The notes under the pieces: generated by a model
Told to the model about the DNA's origin: nothing
The model's input: the letters and a program-made list of their open reading frames with translations, nothing else
Databases searched by the model: none
In this document: in pieces, positions 23,016 to 34,991 of the stretch
Layout of the letters: each line of letters opens with the position of its first letter
Numbering within the stretch: position 1 is the stretch's first letter
Translations under genes and position numbers: made by a program
Assembly (NCBI RefSeq): GCF_009914755.1
Contig: NC_060926.1
Length of the DNA: 64,000 nucleotides
Origin: the human T2T-CHM13v2.0 reference genome, Homo sapiens
Direction: 5' to 3' (one strand)

Positions 23016-24069
23016 CCAACAAGACCATCAGTGTTTACTAGATTATTATACCAGCTGCTTCCTTTACAGACAGCTAGTGGGGTGGCCACTCAGTGTTAGC
23101 ATCTCAGCTCTATTTGGCCATTTTGGAGTTCAAGTTGTCAAGTCCAAAATTACTTATGTTAGTCCATTGCATCATACCATTTCAGTGTGGCTATTATGTT
23201 CAACTAAATGCATTTTAGAAGGCATCTCTGTTTATGGCATCACAAAGAGTTCAATAAATCTTCTGTGCAAAAATAAACAACAAACACACATTTAAATATA
23301 AAGCTGAAGTATCAAAACTATTTCAGCACTCTGAAAATTGGTGAAGTATAAAATAATTAAGGATGCATATTCTTTGTAGAAAAAAAAAGTACCAGTGCTT
23401 TGAGTAAGGACAGAAAATGTCTGTAGCCTTTTGCCTGTGACAGCAGCCTTCTACCCCCAGCTCAATCAGCATGAATTACAGAACTGGAGTTTTACCAATA
23501 TGAGCGTAGCAAATAAAACTAGCAGCTTGCTGCCAAAGGGGGTGGACTTGAGTAAAGCCAAGGAGTGGAAAAAAATTCTTCAGTGTTTCCAGCTAAACAT
23601 GCAGAACTCCATAGGAAATGAACAGAAAAATCTCACAGCTTTACAAGTCCAAGACAATGACCTGTTTGAGGCAAGTAGTACATCTGCTGATAGTAAATAG
23701 CAGATTCCTGGATAAGATAGGCCCATATTGCTGAAATAATCTCTGCACACATTCCTAGTGACCTAGAAGATATAGATATGAGTGATGAGAACAAGGAGTC
23801 TCCGGTGCAAAGTAAAACCAGAAGGAGGTAAGAACTAGCTGCATTTTGTATGCAGTTTGCTTTTTAAACTACACACAGATGGGTTGACAGAAGATAGATT
23901 TATAACCTCCAGATATTTGAGCAAAACGTCTCAAATCATTGGTGACCACATCACTATGCAGATACATGTGCAGTTCCTATAAATTCAAACTAAATATTAA
24001 TATTAAGAATAAAAGGAAGCAGAGATATCAGTGGTCAAACACCACGTGAGATAGATTTTTCAATCTCAT

Positions 24070-24371
24070 GCAATGAACATGCATTTAATACATCTAATCC
24101 ACTTAACATTATAGCTCAGCCTATCCTATCCTAAATGTGCTGAAAACACTTACATTAGCTTACACTTGGGCAACATTATCTTACACAAAGCTTATCTTCC
24201 AATAAAGTGTTGAATACCTCATGTCATTTATTGAATACTATATTGAAAGAGAAAATAGAATAGTTGTATAAATACTAGAATTTCTATTTCTACTTGAATG
24301 CATATCACCTTCATACCATCTGAAAGTCAAAAAGTTATAACTCCAAGCATCATAAGTCAGGTACTATCAGT
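24070..24371 (+). mobile_element. Tigger-family DNA transposon (MER47A-like)
   Basis: aacacttacattagcttacacttgggcaa...ataaagtgttgaata...cataagtcaggtactatcagta. Confidence 0.55.
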
Positions 24372-24433
24372 AAGTTCACCCAAGTAACTAAGAAGAAAAT
24401 TAAAAAATGATCAGAAAAACAAAACAAATTCCA

Positions 24434-24733
24434 GGCCTGACATGGTGGCTCAAGCCTGTAATCCCAGTACTTTGGAGGCTGATGCAGAAGGATCACTGGA
24501 TGCCAGGAGTTCGAGACCAGGCTGGGTGGGCAAAATATCTTACAATTTAAAAAAAAAAAATAGCAGAGAGTAATGGCATGCACCTATAGTCCCAGCTACC
24601 CAGGAGGATGAAGCTGGAGAACCACTGGACCCCAAGAGGTTGAGGCTGCAGCAAGCTATGATCACACCACCATACTCCAGCCTGGGTGAAAGAGTAAGAC
24701 CCTATTTCTAAAAAAATAAATTAAAATTAAAAA
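24434..24733 (+). mobile_element. Old Alu (AluJ-like)
   Basis: Diverged Alu dimer with an A-rich tail. Confidence 0.85.
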
Positions 24734-24779
24734 ACCCATAATCTAAAGAGAGGTACTGTATTATCAAAAATGTAAAATT

Positions 24780-25870
24780 GTCAGTTTAACAGCTCCTGGG
24801 AAAAAAATGAGAAGAATGACCAATATTAAAGGAACAAAAATAAAGCAACTACAATAATGACAACAGAAAATAGTCAACGAAAGCTGATTCTAACTTGCCG
24901 TAATTATCGGATTTAGTAAAGACTACAAAGATTTTCAAATAATTATTTTTAAAACTATGATCATTGACATAAAAAAGAAAATATTAAGAAGATTCGGCAA
25001 GTAGGGCCTCAAGAAAAGACATGGAAAATATAAAAAATGACCAAATTGGAACTCTAGAAATGAAAAGTAAAATAATCCAATTTAAATACGTATTAGCTAG
25101 GTATAATAACAATTTGAGATGGCAGAATAATCAGTTAACTTGAAAATAAAGGAATAGAACTTATTGAGTCTAAATAAAATGTTTAAAAAAAGGAGGAAGA
25201 CGTCAGAGATTTATAGCTCAGAGTGAAGGATACCAACAAAAGTATAATGAGAGTCACAAAGGAGGAGAGACAGAGAAAGTGGCTGAAAAAAAAATCCTTG
25301 GAGAAATAATGACAAAAACTTTTCAAAAGTAATAAAAAATATTCTTAGATGAAAAAATTCAATAAAACCCTTTTAGATAATAGAAATTAATAACTGAACA
25401 CATTATATTAAGATGTTGAAAGACAGAAAATCTTCACTGCATCAAGAATGAAAGGCCATTCGCCATTTTTAAATGTAGTACTGTGGAAAGTATTGTGACA
25501 TAAGCCTCTGCTTCACAAACTGATCACTGTCAAACATCATCTCCCAACCAATACACAGAAACAACATATTGCTATTGGCTAAGTTTTCATTAGGACCAAT
25601 AGAGATTAGAAGCAGTGAAATGACATATTTAGATGCTGAAAGGAGAAAAAAGTCTACTAGGAATTCTACATCCAGTGAAAATACCTTCACATCTAAAGAA
25701 AAAGCAAAAAAAAAATTTCTTTGATAAAAAAGTACATTCATTCATAACAGCTATGTCTTATAAGATATTTGAGAGAAAATCCTTCAGAATCCCAGGAAAT
25801 GACATCAGACAGGACCTTGAGTCCACTGGAAGAAATGAAGGCCTCAAACATTGTAAGGAGCAATACCAAG
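24780..25870 (+). mobile_element. Old L1M ORF1 remnant, interrupted by a 104-bp insertion
   Basis: A-rich ORF1-like motifs (ggaattctacatccagtgaaaataccttc); paralogous to 27500-28760. Confidence 0.55.
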
Positions 25871-27840
25871 GCTAAAAAGAGAAAAATACACTTAATGCTA
25901 TTTATGTGAAGTTCAAGACAAGAAAACCTAAGTGATTGTGTTAGATGTCAGAATAACAGTTACTATGGCTGGGTGGGAGGGGCGAAAACTGACAAAGATT
26001 GTCCATGAGGGAAGCACAAGAGTATGTGAAATATTCTATCATTCCACCTGGACAATGAATTACACATAAACTTTATTCAGTTGCACATTCAAGATTTGTG
26101 CACTTTACCCTGGCTACTTTATCAATTGAAATAAAACTTAAAAAAAACAAACCTAGACTCTTTCCCACTTACCAGTAATCACAGCCAAGAGCCCAGACTA
26201 ATTTGAAATATTATTATTATTATCAACACTTTTTTACCCTATCTTGACACTTACACTTCTTATTCAGCTACAGTTTCACAGCTCCACCTCTGGCCTATTC
26301 TTTTGGAAGACCCCATAGCCATAGGTCAGGTAACAAGTATAGAAGACGCATAAATGACAAGATTGATGAGTGTTTAGCAGAAAAAAACTTGTATGTATCA
26401 CAGACTGTCCTATGCAGAGTGTACAATACATGTGAGTAGAGTCCCTCTAGCACAGAAAAGAAGTGTGAGCTAGACCTTCAGAATATGGTCCAGTTTTTAG
26501 AGTTCATCAGATCATCAGATGAACACAGATCAAGGTGTCCTCTCATCTGGGTATGAGAAAGTGAAATGACTGCAGGTTCCCACCAGATCAGTGGCCCATG
26601 GCTTTAGAGACATGTACATGAAACTCACATTTCTTCATATCCACAGTCACTTCCTGGCTTCAGCCATAGGAATGACGGCCTGGCTTTCCAGTTATTTAGG
26701 AACTCTGCACACAGGCTGTCAGTTACTAAAATGAAAATTAAAAACAATGACTTTGGTTAAATATGTATCAGTAGTTACATTCTGGAGGGAAAAATGAGCA
26801 GAGGGAATATATTTTAATACCAAATGAAAAGTCACAACCTTGTGACTCCTTTCTTTTCCCATATGATTCATTACGCTTGTGCTGAAACTTCAGACTATCA
26901 AATGAGCCCCATATGTTCATCCCTAAAGCTTTGTCCTTGTCCAACGTGAACCCACATTTGGGCCATCCACTGGCATCTGAGTACACTTGTGAGATGATCA
27001 CTGTCCAGACAGGATTGCTGGGGCGACTCAACAGGCAGCTCCATGCTGAGTCTCCCCTTGAACTCCCAGCATCACTGACCCTGAAGGAGTGTCCCCCTGT
27101 CCTCCACAGCACCCAGAGCACAGCCTGCCCTGCCATGATTTCACTGCCCAACTCAAAACCTCATCATAGATTCCACCGGCTCAGAGACAAAGTCAGGTCC
27201 CAGGCAGAGGCAGGTATGGGGGCCTAAGAGAAACCATTTTTTCATCAATTTTCCTATTAGGAATTCCCAGGAATTTATAAGCTGAATTTCTGTACATAGT
27301 TACCATCTTAAAAAATAAAAGCTATTTGTATTGTGAGAAACATGAAACATGGAAAATAATTAAATCTCACAAGAGCACCATCTAGTCAGAGACTCCAAAT
27401 TCAACTAATCCAATTCTGAGCTCCCTGCCTTATGGTCCATCTCCATGGTGTCTGTGTGCTCCACCCTTATCAAATATATGTTCAAATAATTATTTTAACC
27501 TATAATAAAAGACTTAAAAAGGAATTTGTAAAGACAATGATTCAACAAATAGAGGCTCTCAAAAAGAGACAAAACTATGAAAACAGACCTACTGGGAATC
27601 CGAAAAATGAAAGGTACAACAACTCAATTGAAAAATGTATTAGATAGACTCAACAGCAATTTAACATGACACGAGAGTCAGTGATCTGAAAAAGAAGTCA
27701 ATAGAAATGACCTCATATAAAGAAGGGAAAAATTATAAAGAAGAATGAATAAAACCTCAGACATTATAGGTCCCTGTGAACAATACCAACAAATTTGTAT
27801 TAGGAATCACAAAGGAGAAGACAGGAAGAGGCTAAAAACT

Positions 27841-28268
27841 GTGTTCTCATCTTTACGCCCATGTGTACCCCATGTTTAGCTCCCGCTTATAAGTGAGAAC
27901 ATGTGGTATTTGTTTTTTTGTTTCTGCATTAGTTCACTTAGGAAAATGACTTCCAGCTGCATCCAAGTTTCTGCAGGACCATGATTTTCTTCTTATTTAT
28001 GGCTGCATAGGATTCCATGGTGTATCTATACACAGTTTTTTTTTTTATCCAATCCACGGTTGATGGGCACAATAGACACTGGGAACTACTAGAGGGGAGA
28101 CAAAGGGAGGAAGGGCAGAGGCTGAAAAAATACCTATGGGGTACAGTGCTCACTACCTGTTTAATAAGTTCAGTCATACCCCAAATCCCAGCATCATGCA
28201 AAATAACTTTGTAACATATCTGTACATGTATGCTCTGATTTTAAAATAAAAATTGAAAAAGAAAAAAA
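27841..28268 (+). mobile_element. 5'-inverted L1 3' end (L1PB-like) inserted in an older L1M ORF1
   Basis: Antisense segment 27841-28070 followed by sense segment 28071-28268 with a poly-A tail; the two pieces are contiguous in the L1 3' UTR. Confidence 0.75.
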
Positions 28269-29356
28269 TGGAGAAATAATGAAAAACATTTTTCACAGTG
28301 ATGAAACACCTTAATCTATACATGAAAGAAACTCAGTGAAACCCTTTTAGTATAAGCACAGTACAATTCATAACTATACACATTATAGTACCAGTGTTGA
28401 AAGACAAAGACCCAGAGAATTTGAAATGCATCACTAAAATACCGACTTACTTTATACTAAGAAGCAATATTAAAATCATTGGCTAAATTTTCATCATTAC
28501 AAATGGAGGTGAGAAGACAGTGGAATGATATTTTTAAATACTGAGGGAGAAAAGTCAGCCACAAATTCTATATCCAGAAAAACAATCATTTAAATATAAA
28601 AGCAAGGTAGAAATATTCCTTCATACACAAAGATTAATTCATTAATAGCATATATGCCTTGTAAGAGATTCAAGAGAAAATTCTTCAGAATAACAGAAAA
28701 TGACAGCAGACAGCAACTCAAATTGACAAGAAGGAATCAAGGCCTCAAAAAATGAAAAAAATTGGAAAGAAGCTACAAAAAATGTTTACTTTACCTGATA
28801 TAAAGTTTAAGTCCATGAATAAAACAATTATAATATATGTCAGAATATCATTTACATTGATTGTGTTTTGAGCAGCAGTTTTTGACTGGGAAGGTGCATA
28901 ATGAAAGCAGCGAGAGAATTGGAAACCTTCTGTATTTTGATGTGGATCATGACATGAAATGATCTGGATCTTGACATTCATTTGCACCCTTAAGAGTTGC
29001 ACCCTTTGCACTGTGTGTTTTACCTTAGATAAAATAAAATAAAATAAAATAAAATAAACAAACCTAGACTCTTTTAAATAAACCTAAACAAAGAAATAAG
29101 AATCATCAAATATTTATGAAAGATCAAGCTTATTAAAAAGAAACATAAAACATGCCCGAGAAAGTCCTAAAGAACTAGAAGTCTAGTAGAGGAAACAGCA
29201 GGAAAATCTAAATACGTCCCTTCTGCCACTCAGGCAACACAGATTTTACCTCTATTGATTTCCTTAAAAACATAAAATATATTTATGTCGTTTTGCTCAC
29301 AAGAGACGCCCCCACCTTCTCCTTGGCTCTTTCCACCCCACTGCACCCACCAGGGG

Positions 29357-29407
29357 ATTTGCATACTGTCCCCTAGGGAGGACTTTCCTTGTGAGTCTGA
29401 GATAAAA
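29357..29407 (+). promoter_or_regulatory. V-kappa-2 promoter (octamer intact)
   Basis: ATTTGCAT 29357-29364, GATAAAA 29401-29407. Confidence 0.8.
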
Positions 29408-29462
29408 GCTCAGCTCTACCCTTGCCTTGACTGATCAGGACTCCTCAGTTCACCTTCTCACA

Positions 29463-30228
29463 GTGAGGCTCCCTGCTCAGCTCCTGGGGCTGCTAATGCT
29501 CTGGGTCCCTGGTAAGGGCAGAAGGGAAATGAGGGAGGATGATGGGGTGGGAGGGTGAACTCTGTGGATCCCGCCACCTCCCATGTGTGTCCTGTCCTCG
29601 TGTTAGATGTGTCTTGTCCTCCAGGATGGGGCATATGATGTCTAGATCTGTGAGAGTGAGGAAGATTCCAGAAGGAGCAAGGACATGTACTTTAGTGAAA
29701 GCTGTGACACAGAAAGAGGGGGATGGGATAGGTGACTTCTAGAGGCCGGCTTTGCCTTGCAAATATTGGTTCTTTTTAAACCTGTATGTTTTGGGAGGAT
29801 TAATCAAAATCACACACACAAAAATAATTGAGCAAAACATAAATAACAGACAGAAAATGATTAAAATGACTCACAATGTTTGCACATAACCTTGCACTTC
29901 TCTCTCATTATTTCATGATCCAATGGAGATGCTGCGAAGACCCAACCTCCACTCTCCCTGCCCATCACCCCTGGAGAGCCAGCCTCCATCTCCTGCAGGT
30001 CTAGTCACAGCCCCCTTCACAGTAATGGATACATCTATTTCAATTGGTACCTACAGAAGCCAGGCCAGCCTCCTTGGCTCCCAATCTATTTAGTTTCCAA
30101 TCACGACCCTGGAGTCCCAGACAAGTTCAGTGGCAGTGGGTCGGGGACAGATTTCATGCTAAAATCAGGAGGATGGATGCTGAGGATGTTGGGGTTTATT
30201 GCTGCCAGCAAAGTACACATTATCCTCC
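29463..30228 (+). pseudogene. IGKV2D-10: Immunoglobulin kappa variable 2D-10 pseudogene
   Basis: Leader 29463-29511 with a GTG start; splice acceptor AG>AT (29915-29916); V from 29928 [26 protein letters not shown]...; 1-nt deletion at ~30160 (ct-aaa-atc); located between 3D-11 and 1D-42. Confidence 0.9.
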
Positions 30229-30256
30229 CACAATGGTAGAGTCTTGAACACAAACC
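30229..30256 (+). other. Variant 12-RSS of IGKV2D-10
   Basis: CACAATG + gtagagtcttga + ACACAAACC. Confidence 0.9.
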
Positions 30257-31099
30257 TCCCCACTTGCTGTGGCCTAGCTGCCCAGATGTGCTGTTTCTGT
30301 GGAGAGCAGGCACTGTGGATTCTCTTAGATGCCTAAAGAAGAAGATGTTGGAGAACTCAGAGGGCTTGGTGCAGCTGAGGGCTCATGACCATAAATTTCT
30401 CGGCTACACCTCAGGCATCACATTTTAAGGTCCCGTCAGCTGCAGCAGCCTTTGCATGACAGAGTCTGCAGTATGGAGGAGGTCCACGTGCCCTCTGAGC
30501 AATGAGACACAAGAGAAGAGAAGGCTCAATGAGAGCTCATTCTAATCCTCTCTTCCTTCCCTACGTTCATTCATCAACTAAATTCATTCTGCATAACAGG
30601 CACCTAATTGAGACTGATTACTGGCAACACAAAGCTAACACATTCTTTTGATTTGGTTTAGCAGTTACCAGAGTACATGTACATTGATAAGATTTGGTGA
30701 TATTAAATCAGTTTCCCTCCCCTCCTCCACCTCCCCCCCTCTACTTTTTGTAAGGCAGACCCTTGACCAGAACACCAGCAAGCACTGTATTTTATCCTAC
30801 TTTTTTCAGGGAGAACCCAAATAAAACTCTTCACAGTCTAGATTTTTTAATTACTAGATATGTTGTGGCAAATGTATGCAAAAATAAAGACCTAGTTGCT
30901 AAAGTGTTTGCACAGTCTCACTCACAGCATATTGAAGTACAAAAGTAGCTTTCTGAACTCCAAAGCTGGGTTTCAAAAATAAGGACAAAGTTCGAAAGAA
31001 TAAAGGAACATATGTATGTTACTTAAACAGAATTTGAATGAATACAAGATAATATATAAGCTAACTTTTTACCCCATGAAAAATTACAATGTGAAGACT

Positions 31100-34017
31100 T
31101 TGAGCAGAGAGCAGCAAGTGAGAGACTGCTGGGTTGTGTTTGAGATATGAACCCAGATGGAAGTTCTCACGTATTTCCTGGGAAGAATCACAGAGTTGAG
31201 AAGCACCTGCCTGGCTTTCAAGGCAGTAACAATCTCAACAGAGTCATGTTATCAAATGGAAATGGCACATTCTTGATCAGGCTTAGTCAGGACCCCACAG
31301 GATCTGTGGCTCCATGAACAAATGGAGAGGTTGTTGAAGGGACCAAATGACTTGTAGGTGATAATTTGGATTTTCATTTACCCATGTCGAGCCCAAGATT
31401 CAGAGATTTCCATACGGCAGGAGTCACTGATGGCTGAGGAAAACACAAACTGACAGGTCCACTAGGTGTGGCCACCATTCAGCCAATGGATGGCCACTTT
31501 TTTAACTGAAACTTAGCATGGGATTTCAACCCAGTGGGTCAAACTACATTCAGTGGTGATGGCCATGCAGGCTGTTCCAACATCGTACCATGCCACATTT
31601 CCACTAAATCATGGGCCATTGCCAACAGCCTCAACATCTGTTCAGGAAAATGGCAACTGAGAGACTGGAGTTTTAAAGAATCCCTGGTGTGGAGGAAAGG
31701 ACTATGGCCACAGCTTTCCACCTGCAGGAAAAAGAGATACGATGCTCAATTGGATGCCGGGACTACCAAGGTCACCCTTGAGAGGAACTTATGTTATATT
31801 TTTGGATACCCAATGACACTTCACACTGACCAAGGAGCATCTTTCACTGCCCAAGCAACATGACAGTAGGCACACTCTCATGGAACACGATGAACTTTCC
31901 ATGCACCCTGCATCCACAGGCCAATGAATCTAGTGAATGCTAGAACAATGGACTCACACAGCAACATCTAGAAAGGACATCTAGAAAGTCTGCTAATGGG
32001 GTGGTACCCCATCTTACTAGAGCAATATGGGCATTAAATATCGCACTCCAGAACAAGGGAAATAATGAATGTTAAGGAACATAATGCTGAGTGGAAGCGA
32101 AGGTAGACCAGGCAGTTCCTTTATTAGTCTGGACCTGTGAAAGCTATTTCAGTGTTCCTAACCATTCTTTTTCTTTTTTTCCTTTAGAATGCATGCCCTG
32201 GGGTGATTTTCAATTCAGGCCATCATCTTACCCCAGACAGGCCCCCTAACTCTAATATGGGGATTATGTTTCCTCTAAATGCCTCTTTTCTACAAGATCC
32301 CACAGGATGGATGACAAGACTAAGAAATATCAGGGAGCTAGGGGCCCTCTTCTGGTGCCAGGGCCATCTTATCCTTCCTTTAGTGTTGGCGATATTATGA
32401 AATATGTCAAGTTTTTACAGGGCATAATCTCCCTTCCTGCAGTGGACAATCAGGACTGAAATGTCTGGGTCAAGTGACAAAGGAAATGGATTGTTCACAG
32501 AGCAAGGACAGCCAGGCCGCATTCTTACACCAACACAGCCTAACCCTTGTAGATGGGTAGGAGACACCTGAGACCCTGGGATGGGTGAGAGATGATGCAC
32601 TAACCTGTCACACTGCATTTTGGCAAGAATGAGTCAGCAAAGGCCTAGAAGCATAACATCTTTGTTAGCTTCTTGCAAGTCACCGAGTGTAATCTTTCAA
32701 AATACTGAATCTGCCATTCTTGACCTCATTCTGTCACTAACTAGAGGTTTCCTTTCACTCTACCGAAGGTAAATGGCGCCAACATTCCTGATACCATGAT
32801 GTACATCAACAGGACCCGAGCACTGGCCTACCAACTGAGGATGTGACACCTACCACATGGGAGAAAACTGGAGGCCCCCCGTTTAACTAAATTGACTCTG
32901 TGGCAAATGTCATGATCACAACTAAAAAAAACATTGGTGGACTGATATTTTGATGCACCATATTTCTTTGATTGCATAGATAAGAAATGTCCCAATGGCA
33001 AAGACAAAAACAAGGAGAGGACTAATGCTACCCTCTGTCTATGAACAATATTGTCTGAGAAAAACTTTGCTCCTTCAACTCTGCCATCAGTGAGACTTGG
33101 CTAATGAACACACCAATACCTGCATAACCATGACTGGGTGATTAAACAATAAAATGGGAGAAAAGGGGCTGTATGCACCCAAGGGCTACATATTTCTCTG
33201 TGAATGGTCTGGGAGTGAACAAAATGCAGGATGTGTGATGCCATCTCTGGATAACTGTGGGATGGTGAGATTCTGCATGTTGGGCATGCTGGGGTTGTCT
33301 CTGGATATTACTCCTTGGAATTAGGTGAACCATTGAGCCTGCAGCCCAAAGCTGTACCTCAGACTTACTAGGGACCTGCCAGAAGGTATAACAGATTATG
33401 GGTTTATGTCTTTTGTGATATTTTTGGTACTATGTATAGGAGTCAGTGCTCATGTAAAAAAGAGAAATGATAAGAAACGTGTCCCTGACCATGGCAGATA
33501 TTGCTCCTCCTCCATAGCCACTGCCTTGGTAGCCCAGCAGACATCCGTTAACTCCATCGGGATGGATGTTTTAGATAACAGTGTTGCTCTAGACTTTTTT
33601 AAAATCCCAACTGGGAGGATTGTATACAATTTCCAACACTTCCTGTTGTATCTGGACAAACACCTCAAGTATCCTAGAAATTCAAGTAGAGGAGATCTGG
33701 AAACAGGCTCGTAATTGAAGAAAATGGGCCCACCTGAAGGATTCTTCTTTCACCCCTTTAGCAACTTCTTCTGTGGATCATGGGATCCTGGGCTACATAA
33801 CTGCCTCAGTTGGGCCTGATCATCCTGCCTCTGGTAGTAGTTTTCATTGGCCCAGTGAAATCTATTCTGGCTCTGGCTCAATGATGTTGCTTTGACATTG
33901 TGTTCGTCAAGGGGCTTCATCAGTCAAACAAGACACACCTCTGCCACCAGTTCAGGGTTATTAGTAGGCATATAAAATGGAATGGCTTTCTAATGGGGGT
34001 GTCTGGGTTGGGGGTGA
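31100..34017 (+). mobile_element. Degenerate ERVL/class III-type provirus internal region with pol and env remnants
   Basis: TKSWAIANSL...W (RNase H), LHTDQGASFTA (integrase), env TM-like ALVAQQTSVNSIGMDVLDNSVALDF at 33406-33720. Confidence 0.65.
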
Positions 34018-34489
34018 CTCCAGTACAGTCCTCTAATGGTTCTCGACTCAGTTAGTTCTCCCCACTCTCTTTCTTACACTTCTCAAGAACAACTGTAGGA
34101 TGTGCTGGAAATGTAACATTCTGAAATAGGGAGAGACTGGTCAGAAGAGCCTGCCCCTGTTCCAGCTTCTCCTAGTACTGTCCTCCAGTACTTTAGTCCT
34201 CCAGTACTTTAGCTCCATGTGTCCTGTGACACCAGGATTAAAAACCCAGAGCATCTTCTTTCTGGGGTTGCTGAGTTATGGTCCAAGTGGGGTACACACG
34301 GTCAAGGTTCCATCAGACCCACATGCCTGTGCCTAAGGGGACAGACCCACAATACATCCTAGGCTTCTGCAGTCCCTTGCTGGCCACCTATAAATACTAC
34401 ACCAGATTCTTGTAACTTGTTGTGTATGATTGTTCTGTCTCCCTGGACTCTGATAAGTTGGTAACCAGGGCACAGTGAACCTGCTTCAG
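34018..34489 (+). mobile_element. LTR47-like 3' LTR
   Basis: Paralog of 14527-15000. Confidence 0.6.
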
Positions 34490-34861
34490 AGTAGTCACTG
34501 TCATAGAGACAGAACTTGAATGAAGGTTGCCAGGAACTGGAAGCAGGGGAAATGGGGAGAGGGTTATCATTTAATTGAAATAGAGTTTCAGTTTTAGAAG
34601 ATGGAAAGAGTTCTGGAGATTGCTATTATTGATGATAGCACAACAATGTGACTTACTTAATGCCATTGCCCTGTACACTTAAAAATGGCTAAGATGGGCA
34701 ATGTTATGTTCTCTATATTTACCATAGTTGAAAAACTTAGCATTTTTATTATGATATTGATGGATTATAAGACATCATTCTATTTTCTAGTTTTCTGAGC
34801 AAATGTTAATAAATAATCTCTTATAGATGTCATTGTTCACACCACATCTTACCAAACATTC

Positions 34862-34991
34862 TTTTTTTTCTACAGACGGGGGGATCTCCCTATGTTTTCC
34901 AGGCTGGTCTTGGACTCCTGGCTTTCAGCTGTCCTCCATCCTTGACTTCGCAAACATCTAGGATAATGGGCATAAGCCCCTGCACCTTGCC
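34862..34991 (-). mobile_element. FLAM/Alu monomer
   Basis: Same insertion site as 15375-15501, with a poly-T tail instead of (TG)n. Confidence 0.65.

Noticed and set aside
26570-26625. ggttcccaccagatcagtggc, resembling V-kappa FR3
   Set aside because: No flanking framework similarity, Cys motif or RSS; likely chance.
34181-34212. 16-bp tandem duplication tcctccagtactttag x2
   Set aside because: Simple slippage within an LTR; not an array.
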